Assembly: GCA_964016885.1 (NCBI GenBank)
Contig: OZ024743.1
Coordinates: forward strand, 235,290,001 to 235,354,000
DNA from: Eledone cirrhosa
Lineage: Eukaryota
Length of the DNA: 64,000 nt
Direction: 5' to 3'
Of the stretch, positions 14,501 to 28,905 are shown one piece after another. The translations under genes were made by a program, and so were the position numbers. A model generated the notes under the pieces. It was not told where the DNA came from. It searched no databases and saw nothing but the letters and a program-made list of their open reading frames with translations. Position 1 is the first letter of the stretch. Each line of letters starts with the position of its first letter.

Positions 14501-17500
14501 ATTGTCTTATATGCCATGACATGTTAGAAATAGCAGCTAGATCTCCCTCAAATCACACTTTACTCTCTTATATATCTTTACATGCTAGAAATAGCAGCCA
14601 GATCTACCTCAAATCACACTTTACTCTGTTATATATCTTGACATGCTAGAAATAGTAGCTAGATCTCCCTCAAATCACACCTTACTGTCTTATATATCTT
14701 GACATTCTAGATATAGCAGCTAGATCTTATTCAAATCATCCATTACTGTCTTATATATCTGGATATGCCAGAAATAGCAGTTAGATCTCCCTCAAATCAC
14801 ACCTTATTGTCTAATATACCTTGACATACTAGAAATAGCAGCTAGATCTCCTTCGAATCACCCTTTCCTGTCTTATATATCTTGACATTCCAGAAATAGC
14901 AGCTAGATCTCACACAAATAACACCTTACTGTCTTATATATCTTGACATGCTAGAAATAGCAGCTAGATCTCCCTCAAATCACACCATACTGTCTTATAT
15001 ATCGTGACATGCCAGAAACAGCAGCCAGATCTCCATCAAATCACACTTTACCCTCTTATATATCTTGACATACTAGGAATAACAGCTAGATCTCCCTCAA
15101 ATCACACGTTACTGTCTTATATATCTTGACATGCTAGAAATAGCAGCTAGTCCTCCCTCAAATTACACCATACCGTGTTATATATCTTGACATGCTAGAA
15201 AGAACAGCCAGATCTCCCTCAAATCACACTTTACACTCCTATATATCATGACATGCTAGAAATAGCAGCTAGATTATCTCTCAAATCACAATTTACTCCC
15301 TTATATCTTCTAGAAATAGAAGCCAGATCTCCCTCAAATCACCCTTTAATGGCTTATATATATTGACATGCTAGAAGTAGCAGCTATATATCCCTCAAAT
15401 CACACTTTACTCTCTTATATATCTTGACATGCTAGAAATAGCAGCCAGATATCCCTCAAATCACAGCTTACTCTCTTGTATATCTTGACATGCTCAAAAT
15501 ATCAGCCAGATCTCCCTGAAATCACATCTTACTGTCTTATACAACATGACATGCTAGAAATAGCAGCCAGATCTCCCTCAAATCACACCTTATTGTCTTA
15601 TATAACTTGACATGCTAGAAATAGCAGCTAGATCTCCCTCAAATGACACTTTACTGTCTTATATATCTTGACATGCTAGAAATAACAGCTAGACCTCCCT
15701 CAAATTACACCATACCGTCTTATATATCTTGACACGCTAGAAAGAGCAGCCAGATCTTCACAAATCACACTTTACTCTCTTATATATCTTGACATGCTAG
15801 AAATAGCAGCCAGATCTCCCTCAAATCACACTTTACTGTCTTATATATCTTGACCTTCTAGATATAGCAGCTAGATCTCCCTCAAATCATCCTTTACTGT
15901 CTTATATATCTGGACATGCTAGAAATAGCAGCTAGATGTCCCTCAAATCACACTTTACTGTCTTATGTATCTCGACATACTAGAAATAGCAGCCAGATCT
16001 CCCTCAAATCACACCTTATTGTCCTATATATTTCGACATTCTTAAAATAGCAGTTAGATCTCCCACAAATCACACTTTACTGTCTTATATATCTTGACAT
16101 GCTAGAAATAGCAGCTAGATCTCCCTCAAATCACACCTTACTGCCTTATATATCTCGACATGCTAGAAATAGCTAGTAGATCTCCCTCAAATCACACTTT
16201 ACTGTCTTATATATCTTGATATGCTAGAAATAGCAGCTAGATCTCCCTCAAATCACAATTTACAGTCTGATATATCTTGACATGTTGGAAATAACAGCTA
16301 GATCTCTCTCAAATTACACTTTATTGTCGTATGTATCTTAACATGCTAGAAATAGCAGCTAGATCTCCCTCAAATCACACCTTATTGTCTGATATATCTT
16401 GATGTGTTGGAAATAGCAGCCAGATTTCCCTTAAATCACACTTTACTGTCTTATATATCTTGACATGCTAGAAATAGCAGCCAGATCTCCTTCAAATCAC
16501 CCTTTACTCTCTTATATATCTCGACATGCTAGAAATAGCAGCCAGATCTCCCTCAAATCTCACTTTATTTTCTTATATAGTTTGACATGCTAGAAATAGC
16601 AGCTAGATCTCCTTGAAATCATCCTTTACTGTCTTATATATCTTGACATTCTAAAAATAGCAGCTAGATCTCCCTCAAATCACACTTTACTGTCCTATAT
16701 ACCTTGACATGCTAGAAATAGCAGCTAGATCTCCCTAGAATCACACTTTACTGTCTTATATATCTTGACATTCTAGATATAGCAGCTAGATCTCCCTCAA
16801 ATCATCCTTTACTGTCTTATATATCTGGACATGCTAGAAATAGCAGCTTAGTTTCCATCAAATCACAATTTTCTGTCTTATATATCTTGACATGCTAGAA
16901 ATAGCAGCTAGATCTCCCTAAAATCACACCTTATTGTCTTATATGCCATGACATGCTAGATATAGCAGCTAGGCCTCCCTCAAATTACACCATACATTCT
17001 TATATATATCGACATGCTAGAAATAGCAGCCAGATCTCATTCAAATCACCTTTTAATGTCTTATATATCGTGGCATGCTAGAAATAGCAGCTATATCTCC
17101 CTCAAATCACACTTTACTGTCTTATATGTCTTGAGATTCTAAATATAGCAGCTAGATCTCACTTAAATAACTCTTTACTGTCTTATATATCTGGACACGC
17201 TAGAAATAGCAGCCAGATCTCCCTCAAATAACACCTTACTGTCTCATATATCATGAAATGCTAGAAATAGCAGCCAGATCTGCATCAAATAACATTTTAC
17301 TGTCATATATCTTGACGTGCTAGAAATAGCAGCTAGACCTCCCCCAAATTACATCATACCATCTTATAAATCTTGACATGCTAGTAATAGCAGCTAGATC
17401 TCCTTCAAATCACCCTTTACTGTCTAATATATCTTGACTTGCTAAAAATAGCAGCTAGATCTCCCTCAAATTACACCATACCGTCTTCTATATCTTGACA

Positions 17501-20500
17501 TGCTAGAAATAGCAGCTAGATCTCCCTAAAATCACACCTTATTGTCTTATATGCCATGACATGCTAGAAATAGCAGCTAGATCTCCCTCAAGTCACACCT
17601 TACTGTCTTATATAAATCGACAGGCCAGAAATAGCAGCCAGATCTCTTTCAAATCACCCTTTACTGTCTTATATGTCTTGACATGCTAGAAATAGTAGCT
17701 AGATCTCTCTCAAATCACAATTTACTCTCTTATATATCTTGATATGTTAGAAATAACAGCCAGATCACCCTCAAATCACCCTTTAATGTCTTATATATCT
17801 TGACATAAATAGAAATAGCAGCTATATCTCCCTCAAATCTCACCTTATCGTCTTATATGTCTTGACATGCTAAATATAGCATCTACATCTCCCTCAAATC
17901 CAATTTACTTTCTTATATATCTTGACATGCTAGAAAAAGCAGCCAGATCTCCCTCAAATCACAATTTACCCTCTTATATATCTTGACATGTTAGAAATAA
18001 CAGCTAGATCTCCCTCAAATCACACGTTACAGTCTTATATATCTCGACATGCTAGAAATAGCAGCTAGATCTCCCTCAAATCACACCTTATTGTCTTATA
18101 TATCTTGACATGCTAGAAATAGCAGCTAGATCTCCCTAAAATCACAATTTACTGTCTGATATATCTTGACATGTTGGAAATAGCAGCCAGATCTCCCTCA
18201 AATAACACTTTACTGTCTTATATATCTCAACATGCTAGAAATAGCAGCTAGATCTCCCTCAAATGATACCATACCATCTTATATATCTTGACATGCTAGA
18301 AATAGTAGCAAGATCTTCCTGAAATCACACCTTACTGTCTTATATATCTTGACATTCTAGACATAGCAGCTAGATCTCCCTCAAATCATCCCTTACTGTC
18401 TTAAATATCTGGACATGCTAGAAATAGCAGCTAGATGTCCATCAAATCACAATTTTCTGTCTTATATATTTTGACATGCTAGAAATAGCAGCCAGATCTC
18501 CATCAAATCACACTTTACTGTCTTATATATCATGACATGCTAGAAATAGCGGCTAGATCTCCCTCAAATCATACCTTACTGTCTTATATATATCGACAAG
18601 CTAGAAATAGCAGCCAGATCTCATTCAAATCATACCGTCTTCTATATCTTGACATGCTAGAAATAGCAGCTAGATCTCCCTCAAATAACACTTTACTGTC
18701 TTATATATCTCAACATGCTAGCAATAGCAGCTAGATCTCCCTCAAATCACCCTTTACAGGCTTATATATCTTGACATGCTAGAATTAGCAGCCAGATGTC
18801 CTTCAAATCAGCCTTTACTGTCTAATATATTTTGACATGCGAAAAATAGCAGCAAGGTCTCCCTCAAATCACACTTTACTGTCTTATATATCTTGTCATT
18901 CTAGATATAGCAGCAAGATCTTCCTGAAATAACACTTGACTGTCTTATATATCTTGACATTCTAGATATAGCAGCTAGATGTCCCTCAAATCAAAATTTA
19001 CTTCTTATATATTTTGACATGCTAGAAATAGCAGCCAGATCTCCATCAAATCACACTTTACTGTCTTATAAATCTTGACATGCTAGAAACAGTAGCTAGA
19101 TCTCCCTGAAATCACACTTTATTGTCTTATATGCCATGACATGTTAGAAATAGCAGCTAGATCTCCCTCAAATCACACTTTACTCTCTTATATATCTTTA
19201 CATGCTAGAAATAGCAGCCAGATCTACCTCAAATCACACTTTACTCTGTTATATATCTTGACATGCTAGAAATAGTAGCTAGATCTCCCTCAAATCACAC
19301 CTTACTGTCTTATATATCTTGACATTCTAGATATAGCAGCTAGATCTTATTCAAATCATCCATTACTGTCTTATATATCTGGATATGCCAGAAATAGCAG
19401 TTAGATCTCCCTCAAATCACACCTTATTGTCTAATATACCTTGACATACTAGAAATAGCAGCTAGATCTCCTTCGAATCACCCTTTCCTGTCTTATATAT
19501 CTTGACATTCCAGAAATAGCAGCTAGATCTCACACAAATAACACCTTACTGTCTTATATATCTTGACATGCTAGAAATAGCAGCTAGATCTCCCTCAAAT
19601 CACACCATACTGTCTTATATATCGTGACATGCCAGAAACAGCAGCCAGATCTCCATCAAATCACACTTTACCCTCTTATATATCTTGACATACTAGGAAT
19701 AACAGCTAGATCTCCCTCAAATCACACGTTACTGTCTTATATATCTTGACATGCTAGAAATAGCAGCTAGTCCTCCCTCAAATTACACCATACCGTGTTA
19801 TATATCTTGACATGCTAGAAAGAACAGCCAGATCTCCCTCAAATCACACTTTACACTCCTATATATCATGACATGCTAGAAATAGCAGCTAGATTATCTC
19901 TCAAATCACAATTTACTCCCTTATATCTTCTAGAAATAGAAGCCAGATCTCCCTCAAATCACCCTTTAATGGCTTATATATATTGACATGCTAGAAGTAG
20001 CAGCTATATATCCCTCAAATCACACTTTACTCTCTTATATATCTTGACATGCTAGAAATAGCAGCCAGATCTCCCTCAAATCACACCTTATTGTCTTATA
20101 TAACTTGACATGCTAGAAATAGCAGCTAGATCTCCCTCAAATGACACTTTACTGTCTTATATATCTTGACATGCTAGAAATAACAGCTAGACCTCCCTCA
20201 AATTACACCATACCGTCTTATATATCTTGACACGCTAGAAAGAGCAGCCAGATCTTCACAAATCACACTTTACTCTCTTATATATCTTGACATGCTAGAA
20301 ATAGCAGCCAGATCTCCCTCAAATCACACTTTACTGTCTTATATATCTTGACCTTCTAGATATAGCAGCTAGATCTCCCTCAAATCATCCTTTACTGTCT
20401 TATATATCTGGACATGCTAGAAATAGCAGCTAGATGTCCCTCAAATCACACTTTACTGTCTTATGTATCTCGACATACTAGAAATAGCAGCCAGATCTCC

Positions 20501-21454
20501 CTCAAATCACACCTTATTGTCCTATATATTTCGACATTCTTAAAATAGCAGTTAGATCTCCCACAAATCACACTTTACTGTCTTATATATCTTGACATGC
20601 TAGAAATAGCAGCTAGATCTCCCTCAAATCACACCTTACTGCCTTATATATCTCGACATGCTAGAAATAGCTAGTAGATCTCCCTCAAATCACACTTTAC
20701 TGTCTTATATATCTTGATATGCTAGAAATAGCAGCTAGATCTCCCTCAAATCACAATTTACAGTCTGATATATCTTGACATGTTGGAAATAACAGCTAGA
20801 TCTCTCTCAAATTACACTTTATTGTCGTATGTATCTTAACATGCTAGAAATAGCAGCTAGATCTCCCTCAAATCACACCTTATTGTCTGATATATCTTGA
20901 TGTGTTGGAAATAGCAGCCAGATCTCCCTTAAATCACACTTTACTGTCTTATATATCTTGACATGCTAGAAATAGCAGCCAGATCTCCTTCAAATCACCC
21001 TTTACTCTCTTATATATCTCGACATGCTAGAAATAGCAGCCAGATCTCCCTCAAATCTCACTTTATTTTCTTATATAGTTTGACATGCTAGAAATAGCAG
21101 CTAGATCTCCTTGAAATCATCCTTTACTGTCTTATATATCTTGACATTCTAAAAATAGCAGCTAGATCTCCCTCAAATCACACTTTACTGTCCTATATAC
21201 CTTGACATGCTAGAAATAGCAGCTAGATCTCCCTAGAATCACACTTTACTGTCTTATATATCTTGACATGCTAGAAATAGCAGCCAGATCTCCTTCAAAT
21301 CACCCTTTACTCTCTTATATATCTCGACATGCTAGAAATAGCAGCCAGATCTCCCTCAAATCAAACCTTATTGTCTTATACATCTTGACATGCTAGCAAT
21401 GGCAGCTAGATCTCCCTCAAATCACACTTTGCCGTCTTATATATCTTGACATGC
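11539..21454. repeat. 61-bp tandem satellite, block 2, containing a ~4.6-kb tandem duplication
   Basis: Same monomer as block 1. Sequence at 12121 recurs at 16741 (offset 4620), and the identical 65-aa ORFs at 13917 and 18537 show the same offset. Confidence 0.97.
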
Positions 21455-23587
21455 AAGCAGGGGCGTAGTAACGCCGATCAGGAAAGAGGAGAAGAAGGGG
21501 GACGAACTAAACATCTTTAGGCCCATAACTCTGCTCAACACAGAGTTAAAGATCTTGGCCAAGGTGTAAGCAACGAGTTTGGCGCTTGTCGTCGAGAACC
21601 TGACAGGGAAAGTGCAAACGTTTGCAATCCCGATCAGGTTCATACACTATAACCTCCATCTCATGTGATACATCATAGAGCGGGTGGGTGTAAAGCCGGC
21701 TTCGGTGGGGCTCTGATCAATTTAGATCAGTGTAAGGCGTTCGATAGGGTCGACCATCGATACTTGGAAGCGGTTCTCAAGTCGGTTTCGGACCCGTCTT
21801 CAGAGGCTGGATTGCCACAATGCACACCAACATCTGCTCGATGTTCTAGGTGAACGGCTACCTATCGGACCCGTTCGCAATCACGCGTTACATCCGATAG
21901 GGATGACCTCTCTCCTCCATTCTGTACGTACTGACTCTAGAGCCACTACTGCGGAAGTTGGAGCTGCTGCAGGGCATCCCGTTGGAACCGGGACTGCGGA
22001 AAGCAGCGTCGGCTTCTGCCGACGACGTGACAATAATGGTGTCGGTAAACCTCGGAAATAGGGGCGATCGGCAACTTACTGCAGGAATACGAAAGGCTCA
22101 CAGGAGCAAAACTAAACCCGGACAAGTCTGTCGGTTTGCAACTCGGGACGTGGAGAGGCAAACCGATGCCGTCCGACAGCGTCGTCGGACGGACCGGTGA
22201 AATTGCTCGGGGTCTGGTTCGGTCCGGACCTCCAGATTGAGAAAATCTGGAACGAGGTCATGGCCAAGGTATTTGCGCTCACCCAGAAGAGTGTAAACTA
22301 TCCTTGAAAGGTTGAGCGGAGGTGGTGAACACTTTCATAGCGTCCGTCATCTACTACCGCTTGACCGTCGTGCCTTGTCTCCGTGAATACCTCACCATGA
22401 TGGAACGCATGCTCTTCCAGTTCCTTTGGAAGAAGCAGGCTCCTCTGGTGAGGAGGTACATCTGCTGTCAGCACCCTTCCAACGGAGGGCTGGGAATGCC
22501 GTGGCTAATGATGCGCAAACATGCGCTGAGGCGACGGCATCTACAGGTATTCCTCACCGATCAACCAGTGTGGGCACCGTTTTTGAGACAGGCCTTCCCG
22601 CAACTTGTCTCGCCCACGGAGCTGAAGTCCTGGGTCAAGCGGAGACCGAAAAAGATGGGCGCCTGGAACATTGAATGCGCTCAGTCCTCTGTCAAGCGGG
22701 CACAGCAATCAGTGGAGACTCCACTTCGACATTCTATAGAGGGTTAGTACGTCACAAGGGTGACGACGTGTTCGGAGAGACTCTGGGCGTCGAAGACGAC
22801 GAACTCACCAGTCTGTTTGGTAGGACTTTCCGCCCAGGACCTATGGACAACTTTCAGAGGTCCCTGGCCTGGGAGTGCTACCGAGGAGCTCTACCAGTTC
22901 GAGACAAGATCTACAGGCACGGACGCCCCGGCAGGGATCCTTCCAAGTGGACGTGTCCAATATTCGAGCAGGACATTGAAACCGTCTTTCACGCAAGTGT
23001 ACACTGCCCGGGCGTAACCGACCTGTTGAACTACGCAGAACAACTGCTGTCGCGTATGGGACAAATCCAGTTGACTGCCGAGTCCATAGTAAGGATCAAA
23101 CCGCCAACCTCTTTCAAAAACGAAAGAGAGGCGGTTTTCCTCTGTATAGTGGCTATGGTGAAAGAATGTATATGGTGGACGAGATTGAGAGGACAGATGC
23201 CTTTCTCTCCGGACAACAACTCATTCCCTTCTTTAGGTACCACTTTAGAAGGAGAATCAGAGTGGAGAGAGAGGCACTGCACCCCAGTAAATTTACTGAA
23301 AGGTGGGTGAATATGGCAAAAATGGCCCGAGTGATTGGGCCTTCTCTGTATATAAACCTGTAGGTTGAAGAAGAGAGCAAAAGGAAGAAAGGAGCACTTG
23401 CACAACACGCTCCTGAAGTTGAGGGTTGTTGTATAAAACAACCCATTTGTGGCGCCTCCCCCCTATTGGGGATTTCGATTGTTTAATCTGTTTATTTCAA
23501 TATTTTTACACGATTGTATGTAAAATCCCCGGCATGTGTCTTTGTGTTGTCCCCTTTTCTTCTGCGCCCTTGTAACAAATAAAGAAA
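21455..23587 (+). mobile_element. Degenerate 5'-truncated Tx1/L1-clade LINE (RT plus C-terminal zinc-binding region)
   Basis: Frameshifted motifs FRPITLLNTELKILAK, LINLDQCKAFDRVDH, SADD, GGLGMP and LAWECYRGALPVR..CP..HASVHC. Colinear with 35600-37807. Ends AATAAAGAAA followed by (TCTA)n/(TA)n. Confidence 0.88.
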
Positions 23588-23623
23588 TCTATCTATCTAT
23601 ATGTATATGTATATATATATATA

Positions 23624-24049
23624 TATAACAGGACACTGGGTTGTATGAATATAACAAGACACTCGGTTGTATGTACAATGTTTATTTAACAAGGTTGAGC
23701 TATGTAGAGCAGAATAGTTGACATGCCAAGAGAGATGGAAGGATGAATTAAAGTTAGTTGTTTACCGTTTTGACTGGTCAGAAAGCGAGAGACCAAGAGA
23801 TCTTTACATTACCATGTTCAGGTTGCCAGAGAGTACACCCTCGGCGGAATGCGCCTGGCCGAAGGGCCAGGCAGGTTAAAAGAGAGGGAGTTAGCTTTCG
23901 GCTCTCTCCTTTATAGAGTCCCTGGACGGAAGTGACAAAGAAGGTTCTGCCACCTCAACGGGAAGTAACTCCAGCTACTTCCTGTCTAGAGAGCGCTACT
24001 GGTGATGTGATCGTCACAACAAGGGAGGCAACTCTTGCTACACCCCCCC
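23624..24049 (-). mobile_element. LTR remnant (3' LTR with polypurine tract) embedded in (TA)n
   Basis: On the minus strand G7 (24049-24043) is followed directly by TGTAG. A TATA-like CTATAAAG lies at ~23916-23909 and AATAAA at ~23686-23681. The far end reads ..TGTTATA (degenerate ..TGTTACA). Confidence 0.55.
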
Positions 24050-24053
24050 ACAT

Positions 24054-24136
<83 letters not shown>

Positions 24137-24274
24137 TATAATAACCACAGACCATCCATCTCAACACTACTTTTGAAAAGCAGAAGAACTGCGAAACCGG
24201 TAAAGGAACTAAATAAATATATATATTTTAAAAAAAATAAGACTCCAGTTGCATTTTCGATTTCATCTTTTTTT

Positions 24275-24332
<58 letters not shown>

Positions 24333-24335
24333 TAA
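24050..24335. repeat. (TA)n microsatellites
   Basis: Two TA runs at ~24060-24140 and ~24278-24330. Confidence 0.9.
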
Positions 24336-24993
24336 AAAATAAGTTGACAGTTACAATCTTTAGTTAATTCTTAATTGTGTTGTTATATATATATATGTGT
24401 GTGTGTGTAAGTATGCATCTATGTACATAAACATATACATAAATAAATACACACAAACGCGTGCGCGCGCATATACATACATATATAGAAAGATATTTGT
24501 CTTCTATTATATGTAGCTATTAACAAGTTTCAAGTGTTTGAGGTCCTCCACCGTTTGACTTCAGAAATTCAAATCCAAATTCAGATATTTTGGGCGAGAT
24601 TTCAATGTATTTTCAATGTATAAACAAATATTTTACGGAAAATCTACAAGAATTGTATTGAAACCTGATTGAAGAAATTACAATTAATTCATTAACATTT
24701 TCACTAACAAAGTATATATTGTCTACGTAGTTTTGTGTTATAAATTGTTTACAAATCATTGTAAACACATTGATTGACATGTGCAGCAAATTACTTTGAA
24801 ATATAAATAACTTGGGAATTTGTTTCCCAAGCTATTGTAATATGTCACTGGTAAAGGTGGCACCCACATCTTCAAGGATATTTTGGGGTAAATGGTGGTT
24901 TCTTAAAATGTAAAAATAAATTCAAAAGAAGTGAAACTGAATAAATTAATGTTGTTTAATTAATTAATTCAGTTGATCACGTTGAACAGGGGT

Positions 24994-25002
24994 TATATAA
25001 AG
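24994..25002 (+). promoter_or_regulatory. TATA box of the cysteine-rich secreted protein gene
   Basis: TATATAAAG about 100 bp upstream of a perfect Kozak GCCACCATG (ATG at 25097). Confidence 0.65.
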
Positions 25003-25096
25003 CGTTCTTCTTAGACATTTGTTAAGCCTGTCCTTGTTTCGAATAAGATAACGACCATCACAATTCTACAACAGGAAGATAAACCAACTGGCCACC

Positions 25097-25157
25097 ATGT
25101 TGTACGAAATTCTAGTAGTATTAGCATCATTTTCATTCGTAAACTGCTACACCAACT
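25097..25157 (+). CDS. Exon 1 of pacifastin/VWC-like multi-domain secreted protein (signal peptide)
   Basis: Encodes MLYEILVVLASFSFVNCYTN with a hydrophobic core. A phase-1 donor GTAAGT at 25158 matches the phase of exon 2. Confidence 0.85.
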
Positions 25158-25209
25158 GTAAGTAAATCATATTACTATATTTTTGTATATTTCTTGGTTT
25201 CTTTCTTCA

Positions 25210-25522
25210 TATTATTATGATCTCTGAGTTACACATTCTATCGAGCAACGATACTCCAGCCGACTGATTTTAGACCTGCCAGTCGTGATACCATTTACAA
25301 CCCGGCTACACATGTCAATCTTGTTCATAAAAGTAATGAACAGGAGAGGGGGCCGTATGCACCCCCAGCGGAATCCGTCTCTCGCATTTAATGGTATCGA
25401 TCTAGCACCATTTGTCCGAATAGAAATTCTCCTCTATATTCGTATAGAGACATCAGGGAAGCAAAGAAGCTGACAATCGATCCCATACTCCTGCAGAACC
25501 TTCCACAGCAGGTTCCGACTAA
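25210..25522 (-). mobile_element. Degenerate RTE-clade RT fragment in intron 1
   Basis: The minus strand gives SRNLLWKVLQEYGID and GFRWGCIRPPLLFITFMNKID, resembling the RT QG..SPLLF block. Confidence 0.6.
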
Positions 25523-26673
25523 AGTGGTGCTTTTCAAAATATATTTTGAAATAATTCTAGTCTACATTAATGTAATCTGGACGATAATAGAAACAAGTAA
25601 AGTCTCGACCACAGAAGAAACTCTAAAAAAAAAAAAAAAAGGACAGACACTGGATATCGTTCCAAAAGATAAAGAAATGAACGGCAAATTTCAAGAGAGT
25701 AGACTTTGTAGCAGATGACATTTCGTGTTTAAAGTATAGATTCTGATTGAACATGATTTAAAAAGATAAGTTATAACACTGGCCATCCCGCTAAATCACA
25801 AATATCTATGCTACAGAAACTTTCCTTATTGCAGTAACTGTGAAAGACATATATTTCTGGGGTTAATGGGGGTCTAATTAGATGGAATATCAGATTTAAT
25901 GAAGCCTCTCACATTGTTAAGGATAGGGAACCAATAGTGAAAACAAATTGGTGAATATAAAGTGAACAAAATCTCTTCTGTTGGAGAAGATGGTGAAGAA
26001 ATAATCATATTCTATTCTAAAAAAGGGAGTCTCTGCTCTTAATCAAGTGTGTGTGTGTGTGTATATGTGTGTGTGTATATGTGTATATGTGTGTGTGTGT
26101 TTGGAGGTGATACGTGCACGTACACTGTTTTCCGATAGATGTGTTAATACAAAGATATTGTAATAGATTCAGGTGTCCATATATCACATTTGTTGTAATT
26201 TACTAATGTAAGAAAATATTTTGAACTAGAAAAGGTGTTGCACTCAATATATAATAACATTTTTATTTAATATAAGTTTAAAACTCATTATCTTGTGAAA
26301 CAACATATTTTTGAGGGCCCTGCAATAAAAGACATTAGAAATTTTAAAGAAAAGAGTTAAACTTTTACATCGTTAAGTAGTATATCTAATTGTTATAGAT
26401 ACAATAAACTAATACAACATTTTATAAACAAACAGAAATAATTATGATTGAAATCTAATTATCTTGCGAAACCCCAGAATGTTTTCAGGGACCTCACTGT
26501 GGAAAATACAGCATTAAATATTTGAAATTTTTTACATTAATGCAAAGAAAGAGTTTAACTTTGATATTGTTAAGTATTTTTATATCTAATTGTTATAGAT
26601 TCTATACAAATAGAAATATCAATGATGTATATTAAAGCTATATATTGAGATGATACTGTTATTCTTTTTACAG

Positions 26674-27929
26674 ATGAATGTATCCATAATGGAAGAAGGT
26701 ATGAAGGTGCATTTAGCATCGACTGTAACACGTGTCTGTGTCTTGAAAGTGGACGAGCGCAGTGTTCAAATAAGATATGTGACTACGGACAACGATCAAC
26801 ATGTTGGTATGAAGGTAGACGTTACACAGTAGGACAGACGATCCAACAGTCGTGTAATACATGTGTATGCAGAGCCAATGGTCAAATGGATTGTACAAAG
26901 AATACATGTCAGTGTACATATAAAGGACAAAATTACAATATTGGCCAGAGGTTTAATGAGGATTGCAACCAATGCGAATGTTTATCTAGTGGTATTGTAC
27001 GGTGTTCTAACAAACGATGTCAATGTTTTGCCAATGGAAGAACATATCCAGTGGGGGCTACCTTTCAAAAAGAATGTAACACTTGCAAGTGTGACATTAA
27101 CGGCAGAATAGTGTGTACTGACAACCTATGTAAATGTTTTGAAAATGGAAGATCTTACTCCATTGGTGCTACATTTAGCAAGGACTGCAATACATGCACA
27201 TGTCGACAACATGGACAGGTCCAATGTACAAATAACCCGTGTCAATGTTCATATAAAGGACAGGTTTATCAAGTTCGTCAAAGATTTAATGATGATTGCA
27301 ACCAATGTGAATGTTTATCCAGCGGTACAGTGCAATGTTCTAACAAGCCATGTCAATGTTTTGAAAATGGAAGATCTTACCCCATTGGTGCTACATTTAG
27401 CAAGGACTGCAATATATGCACATGTCAAATAGATGGTCGTATACAATGTACAAGCAACCCATGTACTTGCACCTACAACAATATGGCCTATAATTTCGGA
27501 CAACAATTCAGGAAAGGTTGTAACACCTGCACTTGTCAACAAAATGGACAGTTCCAATGTACAAATAACCCTTGTCAATGTTCATACAACGGTAAACGTT
27601 ATGATGTTGGTTCTATATTCTACAATGATTGCAACAAATGTCAGTGCCATGATGATGGAAGAGTCCAATGTGAACAGAAAGTATGCTCCAAACCATGCGT
27701 ATTCAACGGACAAACATATTCTGTGGGAGAATCGTTTAAAAATGACTGTAATACATGTACATGTGGTCAGTTTGGTCAAGTAGGATGTACTAAAATGTAC
27801 TGTCCTAAAACATGCCAATACAACGGAAAAATCTACACAGCTGACCAAATATTCAAGGCTCAAGATAATTGCAATACATGTCGATGTTCAGCTGGGAAGG
27901 TCAAATGTACCAACTTAATATGTGGTCCA
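26674..27929 (+). CDS. Exon 2: eleven ~37-aa six-Cys modules (C-x3-G-x2-Y..C-N-x-C-x-C-x3-G-x3-C-[TS]-x3-C), pacifastin/VWC-like
   Basis: Acceptor ttctttttacAG ends at 26673. The frame is open from YECIHNGRRY through the 26886 ORF to ..CTNLICGP. Phase-0 donor GTGAGT at 27930. Confidence 0.9.
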
Positions 27930-28199
27930 GTGAGTATGGTTTTTATTACTCCTTTATTGTCTCAAATATTAACAATTCTATCTTTCCTCGTATGTAATTT
28001 GTAGTCCTTTAGACATACTACACAAAGAAATCATTACAATTTCCCTGTGTAATTACTGCTGTGATATAAGAAACAGGGGAACATCATTAGCATAGCTACC
28101 ATTTAGTGATGTTTGTTAGAGTATGACAGAGGTGATGGCATTCATTCATTGCTCCCTTATGACCGATGAGATTAATTTTAATAATCTTTCACATAAATT

Positions 28200-28400
28200 G
28201 CTGCAAGTTGATGCCGGTAGGTATGACGGGAACATGGAGAAAATTCCAGAAGGCCGATATTCTCTGTAGGACAGGTAACGCGTAGAGGGTTTCTGTGGAT
28301 CCTGGAGGGCAGACGCAATATGAGTGATAAGAAATGGAGATACGATTGAGTTGGAATTGTCTGAGTGGAGGTGACATGAAACCAGCCACCTTGGAAGCTA
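28200..28400 (+). mobile_element. Probable degenerate RTE-type LINE 3' fragment in intron 2
   Basis: GC-richer island with remnants resembling the RTE C-terminal 'GH..R....GR...W' block. Heavily decayed. Confidence 0.3.
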
Positions 28401-28728
28401 TATACCATTGTAGTAGTAGTAGAAAGGGTAATGAAATAAGTCATTACGACAGTGCTTAAGAGGCTGGGATGTGACTTTAAACCGATTAGTCAAGAACATT
28501 TATCTGGATGTAGAACATCATATCTCTAGTCGATGTCAAAATAAATGGCAATGTTATCGTCACTTTTATATAACTATGAAATATATATTCTCTTTCAAAG
28601 AAATGCTTCAGTGGGAATGTTATTGGACTTACCAACATTCTGGTTAAAGGTTCAAACGTTCACTGCTGTTTCGTTTAATTTCCAACTAAGGGAGTTAATT
28701 CAACGTAACTTCGTTCCTTTATTTAACG

Positions 28729-28797
<69 letters not shown>

Positions 28798-28905
28798 ATG
28801 TTAAGGAATTTTACCTATATCTAAATTGTTATATTTTGTAAGTTATTAATTTGATATTGTTTCAATATTAATAGTAATACAATATAAAACTTTATTTCAT
28901 TACAG

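Noticed and set aside
1876-21454. CRISPR-like array or coding repeat (65-aa ORFs at 13917 and 18537)
   Set aside because: Monomers are contiguous with no unique spacers, there are no cas genes, the context is eukaryotic, and the ORFs are chance stop-free stretches.
27930-28004. Hydrophobic C-terminal 'TM/GPI' tail of the 372-aa ORF
   Set aside because: It begins exactly at a GTGAGT donor and is AT-rich, so it is most likely intron read-through.
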